From positions 38,672 to 102,671 of the forward strand of contig CATYVH010000004.1 of NCBI GenBank assembly GCA_958413765.1: DNA of 64,000 bases, written 5' to 3'. The notes under the pieces were generated by a model, which searched no databases, was not told the DNA's origin, and saw only the letters and a list, made by a program, of their open reading frames with translations. Positions 51,153 through 61,227 of this stretch are shown piece by piece. A program made the translations under genes and the position numbers. The DNA comes from an uncultured Collinsella sp. GTDB taxonomy: Bacteria; Actinomycetota; Coriobacteriia; Coriobacteriales; Coriobacteriaceae. How positions within the stretch are numbered: position 1 is the stretch's first letter; every line of letters begins with the position of its first letter.

Positions 51153-52606
51153 CGGCGCAAACCCGCCCGCACGGCGTCGGCCAACGCAGACGCACACAAA
51201 TCAAGGTCGGTATCGTGCACAAGCGTGCGAACGTCAAACAGCACCTGGTCGTGCTGCACGCGCGTCACAACCGGCGTATCGGGCTCCTGAACCATAGCGC
51301 GCTTCAGGCCATCGACGGACAGGCGCCCATCGACGGGGCAGACGGCAACGCAAAAGGTTGGGAGCTCGACGGTCGGCAGCGAGCCACCGCCCGGGGCAGA
51401 AGCGCCTTCGACAACCTGCAGCTCCACCGCCTCCTCGCACTGAGAGTCACGAAGCTTGCGCAGCATGCGGTCATGCAGGCGCTTAGCCTGACGCTCGAGC
51501 GGAGCCGACGCGCCGGAAAGCATGTTGAGCACCGGGATCTCCCGATGCGCTGTATCGGGACCGGTCACATACAGACGCAGGGTAGCCTCGAGCGCCGCGA
51601 GCGTGAGCTTGCCGGGGCGAAGCGCGCGCATAAGCGGATGAGAGGCGCAGGCAGCGATAACCTGGGTACTGCCGAGGATAATGCCCGCCTGCGAAGCACC
51701 AAGCAACTTGTCGCCCGAACACGAGACAACGTCGACGCCGGCGCAAAGCGAAGCGGACGTGGGCTTCTCCCCCGCATCGGCAAGCACCCCGTCTGCCAGC
51801 AAAGCGCCCGAGCCTTGGTCCTCGTAAAGCAAAAGCCCGTGCTCGTGCGCCAGTGCAGAAAGCTCCGCCGCGGAAACCTCCTCGTGGAAGCCCTCGATAC
51901 GGTAGTTGGAAGGATGAACTTTCAGGATCATCGCCGTGTTGGGCGTAATGGCGCTTTGATAATCGTCCAGATGCGTGCGGTTGGTGGAACCCACCTCGAC
52001 AAGCTTGGCACCCGAAGCCGCCATGATGTCGGGGATACGGAAACTGCCTCCCACCTCGACAAGCTCGCCGCGGCTCACGATGACCTCTTTGCCGCATGCA
52101 TGCGCGGCAAGCACCAACAGCACCGCCGCGGCGTTATTGTTGACAACCAAGGCGTCCTGCGCCCCCGTGAGTGTGCGCAGCAGGCGCGCGGCATGCTCCT
52201 TGCGGCCCCCGCGAGCACAGGTCGCGACGTCGTACTCGAGCGTGCTGTAGCTGCGGGCGACGTCGGTCACCGCCTGCACCGCTGCGGGAGCGAGCGGAGC
52301 ACGGCCCAGATTGGTGTGAATCACAACGCCTGTCGCGTTGACGGCGGGACGCAGGGTCGGCAGCAACAGACGGTGGCACCGCCGCTCAATGGCCAAGGCG
52401 AGCTCGCGCTTGTTCCTCGCGGGGACGCCGGAGCGAATCGCCGCGCGCTCGGCATCGAGCTCAACATCGATCGCCTCGCGCACGATCGTATCGCCCGCAT
52501 CGCCGGCAGCCTTCATGACCGGCCACTCCGCCAGCAGCTCGTGGACAGCGGGAATGGAGCGCAGGCGGTCGCGCACCTCGGCGGGCATGGATTCGCAGTC
52601 GCTCAT
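51149..52606 (-). CDS. selA: L-seryl-tRNA(Sec) selenium transferase
   Basis: PLP-dependent SelA family (NLGRAPL, VIVSRGELVEVGGSFRIP). Start ATG 52604-52606 (MSDCESMPAEV...). Confidence 0.9.
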   Translation of the reverse strand: MSDCESMPAEVRDRLRSIPAVHELLAEWPVMKAAGDAGDTIVREAIDVELDAERAAIRSGVPARNKRELALAIERRCHRLLLPTLRPAVNATGVVIHTNLGRAPLAPAAVQAVTDVARSYSTLEYDVATCARGGRKEHAARLLRTLTGAQDALVVNNNAAAVLLVLAAHACGKEVIVSRGELVEVGGSFRIPDIMAASGAKLVEVGSTNRTHLDDYQSAITPNTAMILKVHPSNYRIEGFHEEVSAAELSALAHEHGLLLYEDQGSGALLADGVLADAGEKPTSASLCAGVDVVSCSGDKLLGASQAGIILGSTQVIAACASHPLMRALRPGKLTLAALEATLRLYVTGPDTAHREIPVLNMLSGASAPLERQAKRLHDRMLRKLRDSQCEEAVELQVVEGASAPGGGSLPTVELPTFCVAVCPVDGRLSVDGLKRAMVQEPDTPVVTRVQHDQVLFDVRTLVHDTDLDLCASALADAVRAGLRR

Positions 52607-52790
52607 GGAAAGCCTTTCGACATATTCAATAAAAAGCAGGTCCCCCACGATCATCGTCGGCCACCAAATGGCGACGCGCATGCAAAAGGGACAGGTCCAT
52701 TATGGCAGCTCATGGCAAGACGGCGCAGTGCCTCGTCCAAACCCGCCAAAATAAACCTGTCCCTCTTTGGTCGGTTATGCCGTGGGGCCT

Positions 52791-53627
52791 TTAGGCCTCC
52801 CTGTTGGCGTAGATAAACCAGTAGCCCAGCGCAACGATCAGGGCGCCGCCCACGATATTGCCGAGCGTGGCGACGGAAAGATTGAGCGCCAGGCCCGCCG
52901 CGTTGAGGGCGTCGGCGCCGGCGACATCAACTCCATAGCCGCAGGAGTGCATCAAAATACCCATGGGCAAAAAGTACATGTTGGCAACGCAGTGCTCAAA
53001 ACCGCAGGTCACAAACGCGGCAATGGGCAGCAGAATGCCCACGACCTTGTCGACCACGGTCCTGCCAGCGGTACCGATCCATACAGCCAGGCACACAAAG
53101 ATGTTGCACAGAATGCCGCGGAAGAAGATGGTGACGGCGTCAATCGAAACCTTTCCGGCGGCGACGCTCACCATGGTGTTGGCGACGGCCTCGCCGTTGA
53201 GCTTGTAAATAGCTGCCATGTAAACCAAAAAGACGACGAGCAGCGCGCCGGCAAAGTTGCCGATCCACACAACGACCCAAGCCTTGAGCATCTGGGCGAG
53301 CGTAATCTTTTTGCTCTTGAGCGCGCAGACCATAAGCGAGTTGCCGGTAAACAGCTCCGCGCCGCAAATGAGCACGAGCACCAGACCCAGGCAAAAAGCA
53401 AGGCCACCCACAAAGCGCTGGGCGCCCCAGCCAAGCGTGGGATCGCTCAAAAAGACCGTGAAGAACAGGCCGCCAAAGGCGATGAACGCGCCGGCGAACA
53501 TGGCAAGCATAAAGGCCTTCGAGGGCGGTAGGTTGGCCTTGGTAACACCGGCAGCCTCGGTCTTGGCCTCGATCGCGGCGGGCGCCAGGCAATCGGGGGT
53601 GGAATATTCTGCCTTGGAATCTGCCAT
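52791..53627 (-). CDS. focA: Formate/nitrite transporter family channel (FocA/NirC-like)
   Basis: FNT signature GFEHCVANMY and LCNIFVCLAVW. Start ATG 53625-53627 (MADSKAEY...). Confidence 0.85.
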   Translation of the reverse strand: MADSKAEYSTPDCLAPAAIEAKTEAAGVTKANLPPSKAFMLAMFAGAFIAFGGLFFTVFLSDPTLGWGAQRFVGGLAFCLGLVLVLICGAELFTGNSLMVCALKSKKITLAQMLKAWVVVWIGNFAGALLVVFLVYMAAIYKLNGEAVANTMVSVAAGKVSIDAVTIFFRGILCNIFVCLAVWIGTAGRTVVDKVVGILLPIAAFVTCGFEHCVANMYFLPMGILMHSCGYGVDVAGADALNAAGLALNLSVATLGNIVGGALIVALGYWFIYANREA

Positions 53628-53823
53628 GTCGATCACTTCTTTCTTACGTTGTGGGACAAGCATTGCCAAAGCACATGTCCCGCGCCGGATGGTCAAAACA
53701 AAACAGGCCAGAAGTAAACGTACCTCTGACCTGCAAATTACTTGGAGCGACGGGTTCGTCACCCGGTACTCTCACAAAAACGGCCTTGATCCCAAAAAGA
53801 ATCAAAGCCGTTAACCAATCTTG

Positions 53824-53897
53824 TGGAGCGGGCGACGGGAATCGAACCCGCGTCATCAGCTTGGAAGGCTGGGGTTCTACCATTGAACTACGCCCGC
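53824..53897 (-). tRNA. tRNA-Gly (anticodon UCC)
   Basis: Minus strand: GCGGGCGTAGTTCAATGGTAGAACCCCAGCCTTCCAAGCTGATGACGCGGGTTCGATTCCCGTCGCCCGCTCCA. 74 nt. Confidence 0.85.
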
Positions 53898-53903
53898 AAG
53901 ATA

Positions 53904-53980
53904 TGGTCGGGACGACAGGATTTGAACCTGCGACATCCTGCTCCCAAAGCAGGCGCGCTACCAAACTGCGCCACGTCCCG
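53904..53980 (-). tRNA. tRNA-Pro (anticodon UGG)
   Basis: Minus strand: CGGGACGTGGCGCAGTTTGGTAGCGCGCCTGCTTTGGGAGCAGGATGTCGCAGGTTCAAATCCTGTCGTCCCGACCA. 77 nt. Confidence 0.85.
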
Positions 53981-54071
53981 AAGGTGTTGAGCAGCTAAGG
54001 TCTAAACCTTGCGTGTCCCAAAGCGAAGGAAATTATAGGGGAGACTCCCCGCCTGTGCAAGCGACGATACC

Positions 54072-55430
54072 CTAGCTCCTCGAATGTACGACAAACCGAC
54101 TGTGGAGCAGGCCGATCACAAACGCCACCACGGCAACCGGCGCCCACGCGGCTCCAATGTCTGCCAGCGGCAGCGCATCGAACGGCAGCCACGCGCCCGT
54201 AAAGAACGCATCGCGGACCGAGGTAATCACGCTCTGCACCGCGACAACGCCGCCGACCCAGACCCACACCTGCGGATGAGCGTCGCAAAAGCCGTGCACC
54301 AGGCCCATCAGTACCAGCACGATGGCAACGGGATACAAGGCGTTGAGCATGGGCACCGAGAACATAAGAATCACGTCGAGGCCCACGTTGGAGAGCACGC
54401 ACGAAAACGCTGCGAACACAAAGGCGAGAACCGCAAAGGGACGGCGCATGGCCTCCTCAGAGGCCTCCGCTCCCCCTTCGACCACATACGTCTCGCAGAA
54501 GTAACGCGAGCAGCAGCTGATGAGGCCGATGCACACGTTCATGCAGGCGAGGAAGAAGATGGCGAAGACCACGACCGTGCCGGCAAGCCCAAAATGCATG
54601 GAGGCCGAACGGGCGAGGATGGCGGCGCCGTTGGTAGCGTCGGGCATCACGGTGCCGAGCTGCATACCGGCAAGTCCCAAGCCGCAGTAGATGATGGCCA
54701 TGAGCACGCCGGCGATCACACCGGAACGCGAAATCTCGAAGGCCACGCGCTTGTCATCGGTAACACCCAACTCGTGGATGGTCTCGGCGATGATGATGCC
54801 AAAGGCGAGCGACGCGAGTAGGTCCATGGTCTGATAGCCAGTCAGAAAGCCCTGCACGGCAGCGCCAGCATCGTAGGGGGCCTGCGGCGCGGCAGCGGGA
54901 CCCAGCGGCGAGATCACGGCAGCACCAACGACCAGCACGATGAGCGCAATGAGCGCGGGGCCCGTAATGCGGCCGAGCACGCGTGTGATGACGCCCGGGC
55001 GCAGCGTGAGCGCAAACGCGACGACAAAGAAGCCGACGGCAAACACCAGGCGCGCCGTGCCGAGCGAGACGCCCTCGGGCAACAGCGGCACCAGCATCTC
55101 GAAGGCCGTGGAGCTCGTGCGCGGAATGGCCAGGCACGGGCCGATAGCCAGATACACCGCCGCGACAAAGAACTCGCCGAACTTGGGATGCACACGGCCG
55201 GCAAGCTCGCGCGCCGTTCCGGCAAGTGCCACGGCGATAAAGCCCATGACGGGCAGGCCGATGGCGGCAATGAGAAAGCCGAGCATGGCGACCGGCGTGG
55301 CAGAACCTGCCTGCAGCGCCAGCAGCGGCGGAATAATAAGGTTGCCGGCGCCAAAGAGCATCGAGAACAGGGCGATACCGACGGTAACGACATGGTCGGA
55401 GCGCAGGCCGCGCGGCGCGGATGAGGCCAT
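54072..55430 (-). CDS. brnQ: Branched-chain amino acid transport system II carrier protein (LIVCS family)
   Basis: LFGAGNLIIPP signature. 12 TM. 452 aa. Confidence 0.85.
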   Translation of the reverse strand: MASSAPRGLRSDHVVTVGIALFSMLFGAGNLIIPPLLALQAGSATPVAMLGFLIAAIGLPVMGFIAVALAGTARELAGRVHPKFGEFFVAAVYLAIGPCLAIPRTSSTAFEMLVPLLPEGVSLGTARLVFAVGFFVVAFALTLRPGVITRVLGRITGPALIALIVLVVGAAVISPLGPAAAPQAPYDAGAAVQGFLTGYQTMDLLASLAFGIIIAETIHELGVTDDKRVAFEISRSGVIAGVLMAIIYCGLGLAGMQLGTVMPDATNGAAILARSASMHFGLAGTVVVFAIFFLACMNVCIGLISCCSRYFCETYVVEGGAEASEEAMRRPFAVLAFVFAAFSCVLSNVGLDVILMFSVPMLNALYPVAIVLVLMGLVHGFCDAHPQVWVWVGGVVAVQSVITSVRDAFFTGAWLPFDALPLADIGAAWAPVAVVAFVIGLLHSRFVVHSRS

Positions 55431-55497
55431 GGGACCACCTTTCGGGTCGAAACAAAAACGGGACGGGCAAAAGGCCCATCCCGCAAGTATATACGCT

Positions 55498-56637
55498 TTA
55501 GCAAGCTAAATCGCGCAAAGCTTCAATCGCGGCGTCAACTTCCTCGTCCGTGTTGAAATACCCAAACGAGAAGCGAACGACACCCTGGCGCTCGGTCCCC
55601 AACGCGCGGTGCATGAGCGGGGCGCAATGGGCACCGGGGCGCGTCGCAATCCCCCACCCCTGCATGAGCGCGTCCGAGATCTCGGCAGAGTCGATATCAC
55701 CCACGTTGAGTGAGACGATCGCCGAGCGCGACGGCTGGTCAAAGGCGCCGTAGAGCTTGATCTCCGGGATTTCGCGCACGCCAGCGAGAAAGCGATCCGC
55801 CAGTGCTCGCTCATGCGCCGCAATCGCCTCGACCCCGCTTTGCGCCTCGATAAAGTCGAGACCTGCGGAAAGTCCCGCGATGCCGTGGCCGTTGAGCGTG
55901 CCCGCCTCAAGGCGCGTGGGCCACTCAAGCGGCTGCAGCGCATCGAAGCTGTGCACGCCCGTGCCGCCCATGGCCCACGGCGCCACGTCAATGCCCTCCG
56001 CCACGGCCAGCCCGCCGGTGCCTTGGGGTCCCATGAGCCCCTTGTGGCCGGTAAAGCACACGACGTCGAACCCCATGGCTTGCATATCGATATGCACCGT
56101 ACCGGCAGACTGAGAGGCATCGACGATCACCAACGCGCCGACCGCATGGGCGATGGCAGACACACGCGAAACGTCGACCGCGTTGCCGGTCACATTGGAA
56201 GCGTGCGTCACCACCACGGCACGCGTACCGGGCGTGACCAGCCGCTCGAGCTCGTCGTAGTCGAGCACGCCGTTGGTATCACAGCCCGCATGCTCAACCG
56301 TCACACCCTGCTCTGCCGCCAGGCGGTTGAGCGGACGCAGCACGGAGTTGTGCTCGAGCACCGTTGTGACCACATGGTCGCCGGGGCGCACCACCCCGTT
56401 GATGGCGGTGTTGAGCGCCGCCGTGGAGTTGGGCGTAAAGCACACATGGTCCGCCCTCGGGCAACCCAAAAGGCGCGCGAGCTTGGCACGGCAAGCGTGA
56501 ATCGTACGAGCGGCATCGAGGGCACCCGACGTGGCGCCGCGCCCGGCATTGCCGAGCGAGCACATCGCCTGCGTCACGGCATCGATGACCGTCTGAGGCT
56601 TGTGCATGGTCGTCGCCGCGTTATCCAGGTAGATCAT
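55498..56637 (-). CDS. Class V aminotransferase / cysteine desulfurase family protein (possible selenocysteine lyase)
   Basis: MIYLDNAATT start. PLP lysine in FTGHKGLMGPQGTG. In a selenium-gene neighbourhood. Confidence 0.8.
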   Translation of the reverse strand: MIYLDNAATTMHKPQTVIDAVTQAMCSLGNAGRGATSGALDAARTIHACRAKLARLLGCPRADHVCFTPNSTAALNTAINGVVRPGDHVVTTVLEHNSVLRPLNRLAAEQGVTVEHAGCDTNGVLDYDELERLVTPGTRAVVVTHASNVTGNAVDVSRVSAIAHAVGALVIVDASQSAGTVHIDMQAMGFDVVCFTGHKGLMGPQGTGGLAVAEGIDVAPWAMGGTGVHSFDALQPLEWPTRLEAGTLNGHGIAGLSAGLDFIEAQSGVEAIAAHERALADRFLAGVREIPEIKLYGAFDQPSRSAIVSLNVGDIDSAEISDALMQGWGIATRPGAHCAPLMHRALGTERQGVVRFSFGYFNTDEEVDAAIEALRDLAC

Positions 56638-56885
56638 CGCACGACCTCCCACATATCAATCACGGTATAGCCCTCGGTAGGAACGCCCGCCGCGGCGAGT
56701 TCGCCGCGCAGCAGCTCCTCATCGGCAGGCAACGCCTTCCACGCCAGACCACAGCCGGCAGCGACCTCCCCGGGCACGGGAATCGTTCGCCCGGGAAGGC
56801 CGCGCTCGATGCACAGGGACTCGCAGCCCATGGCGGCCGCCGTGGTGGGAAACGTGATGACAAGCGCCGGGCGCTTCTCCCTCAT
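56634..56885 (-). CDS. DUF3343-like small protein (putative Se/S carrier)
   Basis: About 84 aa. ALVITFPTTAAAMGCESLC...IPVPGEVAAGCGLAW matches the DUF3343 pattern seen beside yedF/selD. Confidence 0.5.
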   Translation of the reverse strand: MREKRPALVITFPTTAAAMGCESLCIERGLPGRTIPVPGEVAAGCGLAWKALPADEELLRGELAAAGVPTEGYTVIDMWEVVR

Positions 56886-56904
56886 GGCAACTCCAACCAA
56901 TACG

Positions 56905-57531
56905 CTACGGGCGCACGACGCGCACGGCCTGCTCCATCTTCTCCACGATCACGTACATGTTGGTGACCTCGCCCACCGCAAGCTGGTCTTTAATGCCATA
57001 GTGGTCGAGGCAGGTACCACAGGTGAGAATCTCGACACCCTGCTCGGCCAGGCCCTTCAGGTCGTCGAGCACCGGCGAGCCCTCAACGGTGAGCTTGGCG
57101 CCGCCGTTGTAGAACAGCATGGTCGCGGGCAGCTCCTCCTGCTGCGTCACGGCAAAGATAAACGCTTTCATGAGCTTGTGGCCCAGCTCGTCGTCGCCAC
57201 GGCCCATGCAGTCGGTGTAGACGGAAATGACGAGCCTGCCCTTGCCGGCGCTGGCATCACAGAAGGCAGCGCCATCCTGCTCGGGATCGGCCATGGCAAT
57301 GGCGCCAGAGGTCGCCACGGTCACGTGCCACTCGGCGCCAGAAACCTTCTCGACCGAGGCCGTGCAGCCCTTCTCCTGCGCCATCTTGGAGATGTTCTTG
57401 ACGGCGGTCTCGTTGTCGACCGAGGTCACGACGGCGCCCTCGCCATCGAGCTGCTTCAGAGCTTTGAGCGTCTTGACGACGGGCAGCGGGCAGGCATCGC
57501 CCATGGCATTGACTTCAATCTTGGTAGACAT
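56905..57531 (-). CDS. yedF: Selenium metabolism protein YedF-like (TusA-like N-terminal domain)
   Basis: Start ATG 57529-57531 (MSTKIEVNAMGDACPLPVVKTLKAL). CPxP TusA motif. About 209 aa. The annotated longer ORF is a spurious extension. Confidence 0.7.
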   Translation of the reverse strand: MSTKIEVNAMGDACPLPVVKTLKALKQLDGEGAVVTSVDNETAVKNISKMAQEKGCTASVEKVSGAEWHVTVATSGAIAMADPEQDGAAFCDASAGKGRLVISVYTDCMGRGDDELGHKLMKAFIFAVTQQEELPATMLFYNGGAKLTVEGSPVLDDLKGLAEQGVEILTCGTCLDHYGIKDQLAVGEVTNMYVIVEKMEQAVRVVRP

Positions 57532-57592
57532 AGCAAATTCCTTTCGAAAGAGCCGTTCTAGAGAACGGCAAACAGTTACATAAACGTGCGGG

Positions 57593-58642
57593 CTAGCGAA
57601 CAACGCGGACGGCAGGACCGCCCGGCTCCGCCTCGCACACGCGCCCGACAACGGCCGCGATGCGCCCCTCGGCATGCAGGCGACGCGCAAGCTCATCCAC
57701 ATCGGCAGCAGGCGCTGCGATGAGCAGGCCGCCCGAGGTCTGCGGATCGTACAGCGCATCCAGCATGCCCGGCTCCAGGTCATCGTCGGCCGCCACGCGC
57801 GGGCCAAAGAAGTCCTGGTTTCGGTAGGAGCCAGCGGGGATAATGCCCAGACGCGCCATGTCGAGCACCTGGTCAAAGAGAGGCACCGCCCCCGACGCAA
57901 GCTCAATCTGCACGCCCGAGCCCTCGGCCATCTCGCACGCATGCCCAATCAGGCCAAAGCCCGTGATGTCGGTGCAGCCGTGAAGTTCGAGCCCCTCGGC
58001 CAAACGGATCGGGGCCTCGTTGAGGGTGCGCATAGAATCAAACATCCGGCTGGCCTCGTCCTGCTCGATGAGCTCGCCCTTAATGGCCGTGGTGATAATG
58101 CCCGAGCCGATCGCCTTGGTCAGCAGTAGGACATCGCCCACGCGCGCGCCGCTGTTGGCGAGCATGCGGTCGAGCGAGACAAAGCCGCTCACGGACAGGC
58201 CGTACTTGGGCTCGTCGTCGTTGATGGTGTGGCCGCCCGCGATGGTGCAGCCAGCCTCGACGCACTTGTCGGCGCCACCCGCCAAAATCTGCCCGGCAAC
58301 CTCAACACCCAGGCAATTGGGAATGCACAGCAGGTTCATAGCATGGCTCGGTCGTCCGCCCATGGCGTATATGTCCGACAGCGAGTTTGCCGCCGCGATC
58401 TGGCCAAACAGGAACGGGTCGTCGACCATCGGCGGGAAGAAGTCGATGGACTGCACGAGGCCCAAATTATCGCCAACACGGAAGACACTCGCATCGTCGG
58501 AGGTATCGAACCCCACGAGCAGGTTGTCGTTATGCACATTGGGTAAGTCGCCCAGGACCTGGGCGAGGGCTCCAGGAGCCAACTTAGCGGCTCAACCGCT
58601 CGCGGCAGTCATAGACGTGAGCTTCATCTGATCGTCAGGCAT
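57593..58642 (-). CDS. selD: Selenide, water dikinase (selenophosphate synthetase), selenocysteine-containing form with in-frame TGA at 58592-58594
   Basis: Minus strand from ATG 58640-58642 reads MPDDQMKLTSMTAASG-TGA-AAKLAPGALAQVLGDL..., where TGA falls at the conserved SelD Cys/Sec position (GCGCK / GUGCK). AIRM fold downstream. Candidate SECIS hairpins GGCUCC-U-GGAGCC and CGCCCAG-GUC-CUGGGCG start 12 nt after the UGA. Confidence 0.85.
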
Positions 58643-58712
58643 CGATACCCCCTCTCATCGGTCAATCATTTCCTCCCAGTATACGCATGAATGCAGGCCC
58701 ACGGCCGATGCA

Positions 58713-59477
58713 TTAATCGAGCGCCTGTGCGCGAATCGCCGCGCCGATGGCACCGGCAAAGCGGGCCTGGGGCGAGGTGGTCACCGGCGACCCCAGTAGC
58801 TCGCCCAACCGCTCCACCACGAAGGCGTTCTCGCACAGGCCACCGGTCAGGTAGTACGGGGCGCCCGCGGCCTGCCCGGCCATGGTCGCCACGCGCGAGA
58901 CCACGCTGTCGATCACGCCACGCGCAATGTTCTCGCGCGGCTCACCGCGACCGATCAGGCTGATGACCTCGCTTTCGGCAAACACCGTGCACATGCTGCT
59001 GATCTTGGTGGGCTCGCCGGAACGCGCCAGGTCGGCCATCTGCTGCTGGGAAATGCCTAGGCGGTCGGCCATGATCTCCAGAAAGCGCCCCGTGCCGGCG
59101 GCACACTTGTCGTTCATGGCGAACTTGGCCACGCGGCCACTTTTAAGCTGAATGACCTTGGTGTCCTGGCCGCCCACGTCGATCACCGTGCCCCGCTCGC
59201 CAAACAGACGCACGGCACCGGCGCCGTGGCAGGTAATCTCGGTCACAACCTTGTGGGCGTATGGCACAGCCACGCGCCCGTAACCCGTGGCCACCACACG
59301 CGCAGAATCGGATGCAACGTCAAAGCCCGCCGCCGCGAGCGCCTCGCGCAACCTATCGGCGGCATCGACCGAGGAGAACCCGGTTGGCTGCACGCACGTC
59401 CACGCCACCGAACCCTCACCATCGACCACAGCAGCCTTAGCCGCCGTAGACCCGATATCGACCCCGATCCCTATCAT
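58713..59477 (-). CDS. CoA-substrate-specific enzyme activase (HgdC/BcrAD/BadFG ATPase family; activator of 2-hydroxyacyl-CoA dehydratase/double-cubane proteins)
   Basis: IGIGVDIGSTAAKAAV, VIDVGGQDTKVI, KCAAGTGRFLE. 254 aa. Confidence 0.85.
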   Translation of the reverse strand: MIGIGVDIGSTAAKAAVVDGEGSVAWTCVQPTGFSSVDAADRLREALAAAGFDVASDSARVVATGYGRVAVPYAHKVVTEITCHGAGAVRLFGERGTVIDVGGQDTKVIQLKSGRVAKFAMNDKCAAGTGRFLEIMADRLGISQQQMADLARSGEPTKISSMCTVFAESEVISLIGRGEPRENIARGVIDSVVSRVATMAGQAAGAPYYLTGGLCENAFVVERLGELLGSPVTTSPQARFAGAIGAAIRAQALD

Positions 59478-59539
59478 GGCTCTCTCCTAATCCAAACATC
59501 AAAGACAGCGGCGCGTTCAGGCGCCTTAGCTCTAGGTTT

Positions 59540-59631
59540 CTCAGGTGCCGGAGGTTGCCCCGAAAGAGGAGCGCGGCGTACTTTGGTACGCAAGCGACGG
59601 TTTGAGGGGCAAGATCCGGTGCCTGAGGAAG
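59540..59631. repeat. Conserved structured intergenic element, copy B
   Basis: Homolog of 8-96 with compensatory base changes in two stems. On the minus strand it starts 1 nt after the stop of the HgdB-like gene. It is followed by hairpin GGCGC-CTGAAC-GCGCC plus a U-rich tract and the hgdC-like RBS. Confidence 0.6.
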
Positions 59632-60798
59632 CTAGAGGGTTTCGATGAAGGCGGCGATGCGGGTCTCGATCTGGCCCATGTCACCGTTGCTGTAGTCGGT
59701 CTCAATCTTCATATACGGAATACCCGCGCCCTCGACAGCCTCCTGCATGCGCGCACTCTCCACGTTAAAGGTGTGGCAGGCCTGTAGCACGCTCTCTACC
59801 ACGCCATCGACATGATACTTCTCGCACATGGCCAGCGTGTTTTCCATACGACCATCGTTGGGCGTCATGACCGAGCAGTTGATGTCCAGGTAGCGGTCGG
59901 CGATGGCACGCAGGATGTCGGGAGCCTCCGGGTCGATCATCATGGCCGCCGTGCGCTCGCCCGAGCAGTCGTCCATGCACACGACCACACCGCCGTTGGA
60001 CTCGATGGTGCGACCGATCTTGTTGATCACGCCGCCCACCGGGCAGCCGGTGATCAGAATGCGCTTGGCATCCACCGCAACCGGGCGCTCGCCCGCGTCG
60101 TAGGCCTCGCGCAGCTTGGCAACCTTTTGCTCCAGCTGCTGCGTATAGGCCTCGATATCAAAGCTGAACGTACCGGCAAACATGGTGCTCATCAGGTCGA
60201 CGCCGCTCATGGCCGCCGGTTGGTTGGCCTGCAGCGCAAACATCTCGAGCTGGGCCGCACGCAAGCGGTTGCGACGACGGACGGCAGCGCGCAGGTCATC
60301 GTCGGTAATCGTAATGCCGTAGAAGCCCTCGAGCTCCTCCTTGAGCAGGCGACACTCCTCGTACCAGCCTTCACGCTCGTAAGCGCGATCGCGACCCTGC
60401 GGAAGATGCAGAATGTGCGTGCGCTTGAGCTCGTTGAGTAGCTCGTACATCTTCTTCTTGCCGTCGCAGGTGGTCTCACCGATGATCATGTCGCTAAAGT
60501 ACGTAAACGGACACTTTTGCGAATAGGCAAAACCATACGTAGACTTGATGAGCGGGCACAGGTTTGCCGGCAACACCTTCTCGGCCTCGGGAATCACCTC
60601 GTCGGACGTACCACACAGAGCCACGCTCGCAGCCCCCGCGGCATCGATAATCTCGAGCGGCGTGTAGCTGCACAGAAAACCGATCAGGCGATTACCGGCC
60701 TGCTTGTAATCCTTAACGCGAATAAACGCGGCCTTGCGCTGCTCGTTGAACTCCTCAAACGTGCTGGGCAACTTGACCTCTTCGATTGCTTCAGCCAT
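59632..60798 (-). CDS. 2-hydroxyacyl-CoA dehydratase family / double-cubane cluster protein (HgdB/D-component-like)
   Basis: 388 aa. Cys ligand pattern ([31 protein letters not shown]) typical of the HgdAB/DCCP family. Partnered with the downstream activase. Confidence 0.8.
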   Translation of the reverse strand: MAEAIEEVKLPSTFEEFNEQRKAAFIRVKDYKQAGNRLIGFLCSYTPLEIIDAAGAASVALCGTSDEVIPEAEKVLPANLCPLIKSTYGFAYSQKCPFTYFSDMIIGETTCDGKKKMYELLNELKRTHILHLPQGRDRAYEREGWYEECRLLKEELEGFYGITITDDDLRAAVRRRNRLRAAQLEMFALQANQPAAMSGVDLMSTMFAGTFSFDIEAYTQQLEQKVAKLREAYDAGERPVAVDAKRILITGCPVGGVINKIGRTIESNGGVVVCMDDCSGERTAAMMIDPEAPDILRAIADRYLDINCSVMTPNDGRMENTLAMCEKYHVDGVVESVLQACHTFNVESARMQEAVEGAGIPYMKIETDYSNGDMGQIETRIAAFIETL

Positions 60799-61227
60799 GA
60801 CGGTTCCCCTCTCGAACCAAAAACGGATAACAGCGGTATCGATGCACGACGGACGGCGATTGCCCGACCGTGCTCAAACCCGGAATTTTAGGGAACCTGC
60901 TTTGCGGTCGATTATTTAGTTGTGCGTCGTCTCTCCCGGAGCCGTGAACATACCTGCTCATATGCGGCTCCGAGCCATATACAGGGCGCGCGCGGCAACG
61001 CGGCGAATGCATGTCGTCTGCGGCATGTGCGCACCCTCCTTTACAAGATAAGGTCAACTATATCAACGGTCATCGACCATGCGAACACCGTTGACATTCG
61101 TACGACAGCCTCGTGTGCCGTCGTTTAATAAATAATTATCTTGATTGATAAGAGTTTGTCATCCTTCATTCGGCGAACGGCAAGACAAAGCCGCCGAGGC
61201 TTATATCCCCGACGGCATTACCCGGCG

